A stretch of 50,858 nucleotides of DNA, filler included, from Catajapyx aquilonaris (lineage: Eukaryota): assembly GCA_000934665.2 (NCBI GenBank). It is 2 parts of 2 records of this genome, joined end to end, with 100 filler letters (N's around TTAATTAATTAA, not from the genome) between each part and the next. Parts side by side here need not be neighbours in the genome. Positions count along the whole stretch, not along the records: positions 25,459 to 50,858 come from JYFJ02005377.1; 1 more part is not named here. One strand, 5' to 3'. Below the pieces are notes generated by a model. The model saw only the letters and a program-made list of their open reading frames with translations, was not told where the DNA came from and searched no databases. Below, piece by piece: positions 49,901-50,858 of the stretch. Numbering within the stretch: position 1 is the stretch's first letter; every line of letters begins with the position of its first letter. The position numbers and the translations under genes are program-made.

Positions 49901-50858
49901 GAAGAAAACAGTGTCGTTATTTTTAGAGGCAGACGCTGTTTTGCGAAAATTGGCATCAAGGTGTGTCTGTGAGAGACAAGCCTGCACTGACACTATGTGC
50001 CACGTTGATTTCTCTATTTTTAGACACCTCCATTTACGGTCCGACTTCCCATAAATAAGCATTTGATCATACATATAAAACTTATTGGTTGCTGTTCAAT
50101 CAGCAACAAAATCGCTGGCCAAAACGGACAGTAGGTTTTTTTGAAAACACCCTGTATAAGGCCACAATGATGTCAAGTAGGCTGTAAAGATACCATAATT
50201 GCTCTCTCCTTCCTCGGATGTTTCTGGGGCGGTACTCCTCCACTTCGTAGGCAATAAATTACACTTCAGAGAGTATGAGGCCTAACCCCTCGAGCCTGCT
50301 GGAGACAAATGGCGTGCTCTTCAACTCGAAATGCTACTTCTCAATCTTTAAAAAAAATTCAGTACCGCTAATCCAACTTATCCACTATCACATTTTGCTG
50401 GGGGGGGAAAAATCGGGTCAGTCAATATAAATTAATAACTCGATATGGATAATAATTTCGTCATAAACTCAACTTGGAAAGCTTGGGAGAAATATCCGTC
50501 CCACTGCTAGTTACTGCTAACTTTTAGCAGTGCCAGTATCAACACTGGTACTGCTACTCCCTAGCAGTGGGACCCGAAAATTCCACCATTTGTCAGCTGA
50601 AATGTTGCCACGAATTTATCCAGAGGAATATAATTATTACATAAACCCGATTTTTTTTAAAGATATTTTTCTATACTGCAAATTATGCAAATTCCGCCTA
50701 TTAATGTGATGCTCACTTAATCACGGAGTTATTTCTATCTCGCGATTTATTGTGCGTTTTCGTTACGTGATATGAACAGTCCCGTACTTCAAGGTTGCGT
50801 AACGTCCTACGCAAGTGCAGCTTATGCACCGATAACCGCTTCCATGAATTCCTCTACA

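Noticed and set aside
50090..50157. Possible Tc1/mariner TIR end (AAAACACCCTGTA)
   Set aside because: No matching opposite terminus found in the window.
40560..50858. Many 60-190 aa ORFs upstream of FGFR
   Set aside because: Rich in homopolymer-derived F/K/P/G runs, with no domain motifs and no consistent exon chain; treated as non-coding.

Overview
Eukaryotic genomic DNA, most likely an arthropod (many 55-75 nt spliceosomal introns, Drosophila-like orthologues). No prokaryotic features, CRISPR arrays or RNA genes were found. Gene models were rebuilt by hand from splice sites and reading-frame phase. In order: Pox neuro (+), Tmhs/LHFPL (-), proteasome alpha-5 (-), a multi-exon LRR gene (+) that appears interleaved with PSMA5, two tandem Star-like FkbM/Methyltransf_21 paralogues (-) flanking an orphan secreted-protein gene, and Rabenosyn-5 (-). 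A cluster of non-autonomous transposons and a C-type lectin fragment follows, then a 100-bp artificial gap linker (25359-25458), a partial uncharacterised gene (+) and a full three-Ig FGF receptor (-). The last ~10 kb is non-coding. Most notable: (1) the FGFR has two duplicated, frame-incompatible and therefore mutually exclusive exons for the N-terminal half of Ig domain III, whereas vertebrate IIIb/IIIc splicing swaps the C-terminal half; (2) PSMA5 and the LRR gene may be reciprocally nested; (3) the two Star-like paralogues have GC-AG introns at different positions; (4) the first coding intron of FGFR holds a dense nuclear-receptor half-site cluster. All models are inferred from sequence only and need RNA-seq.
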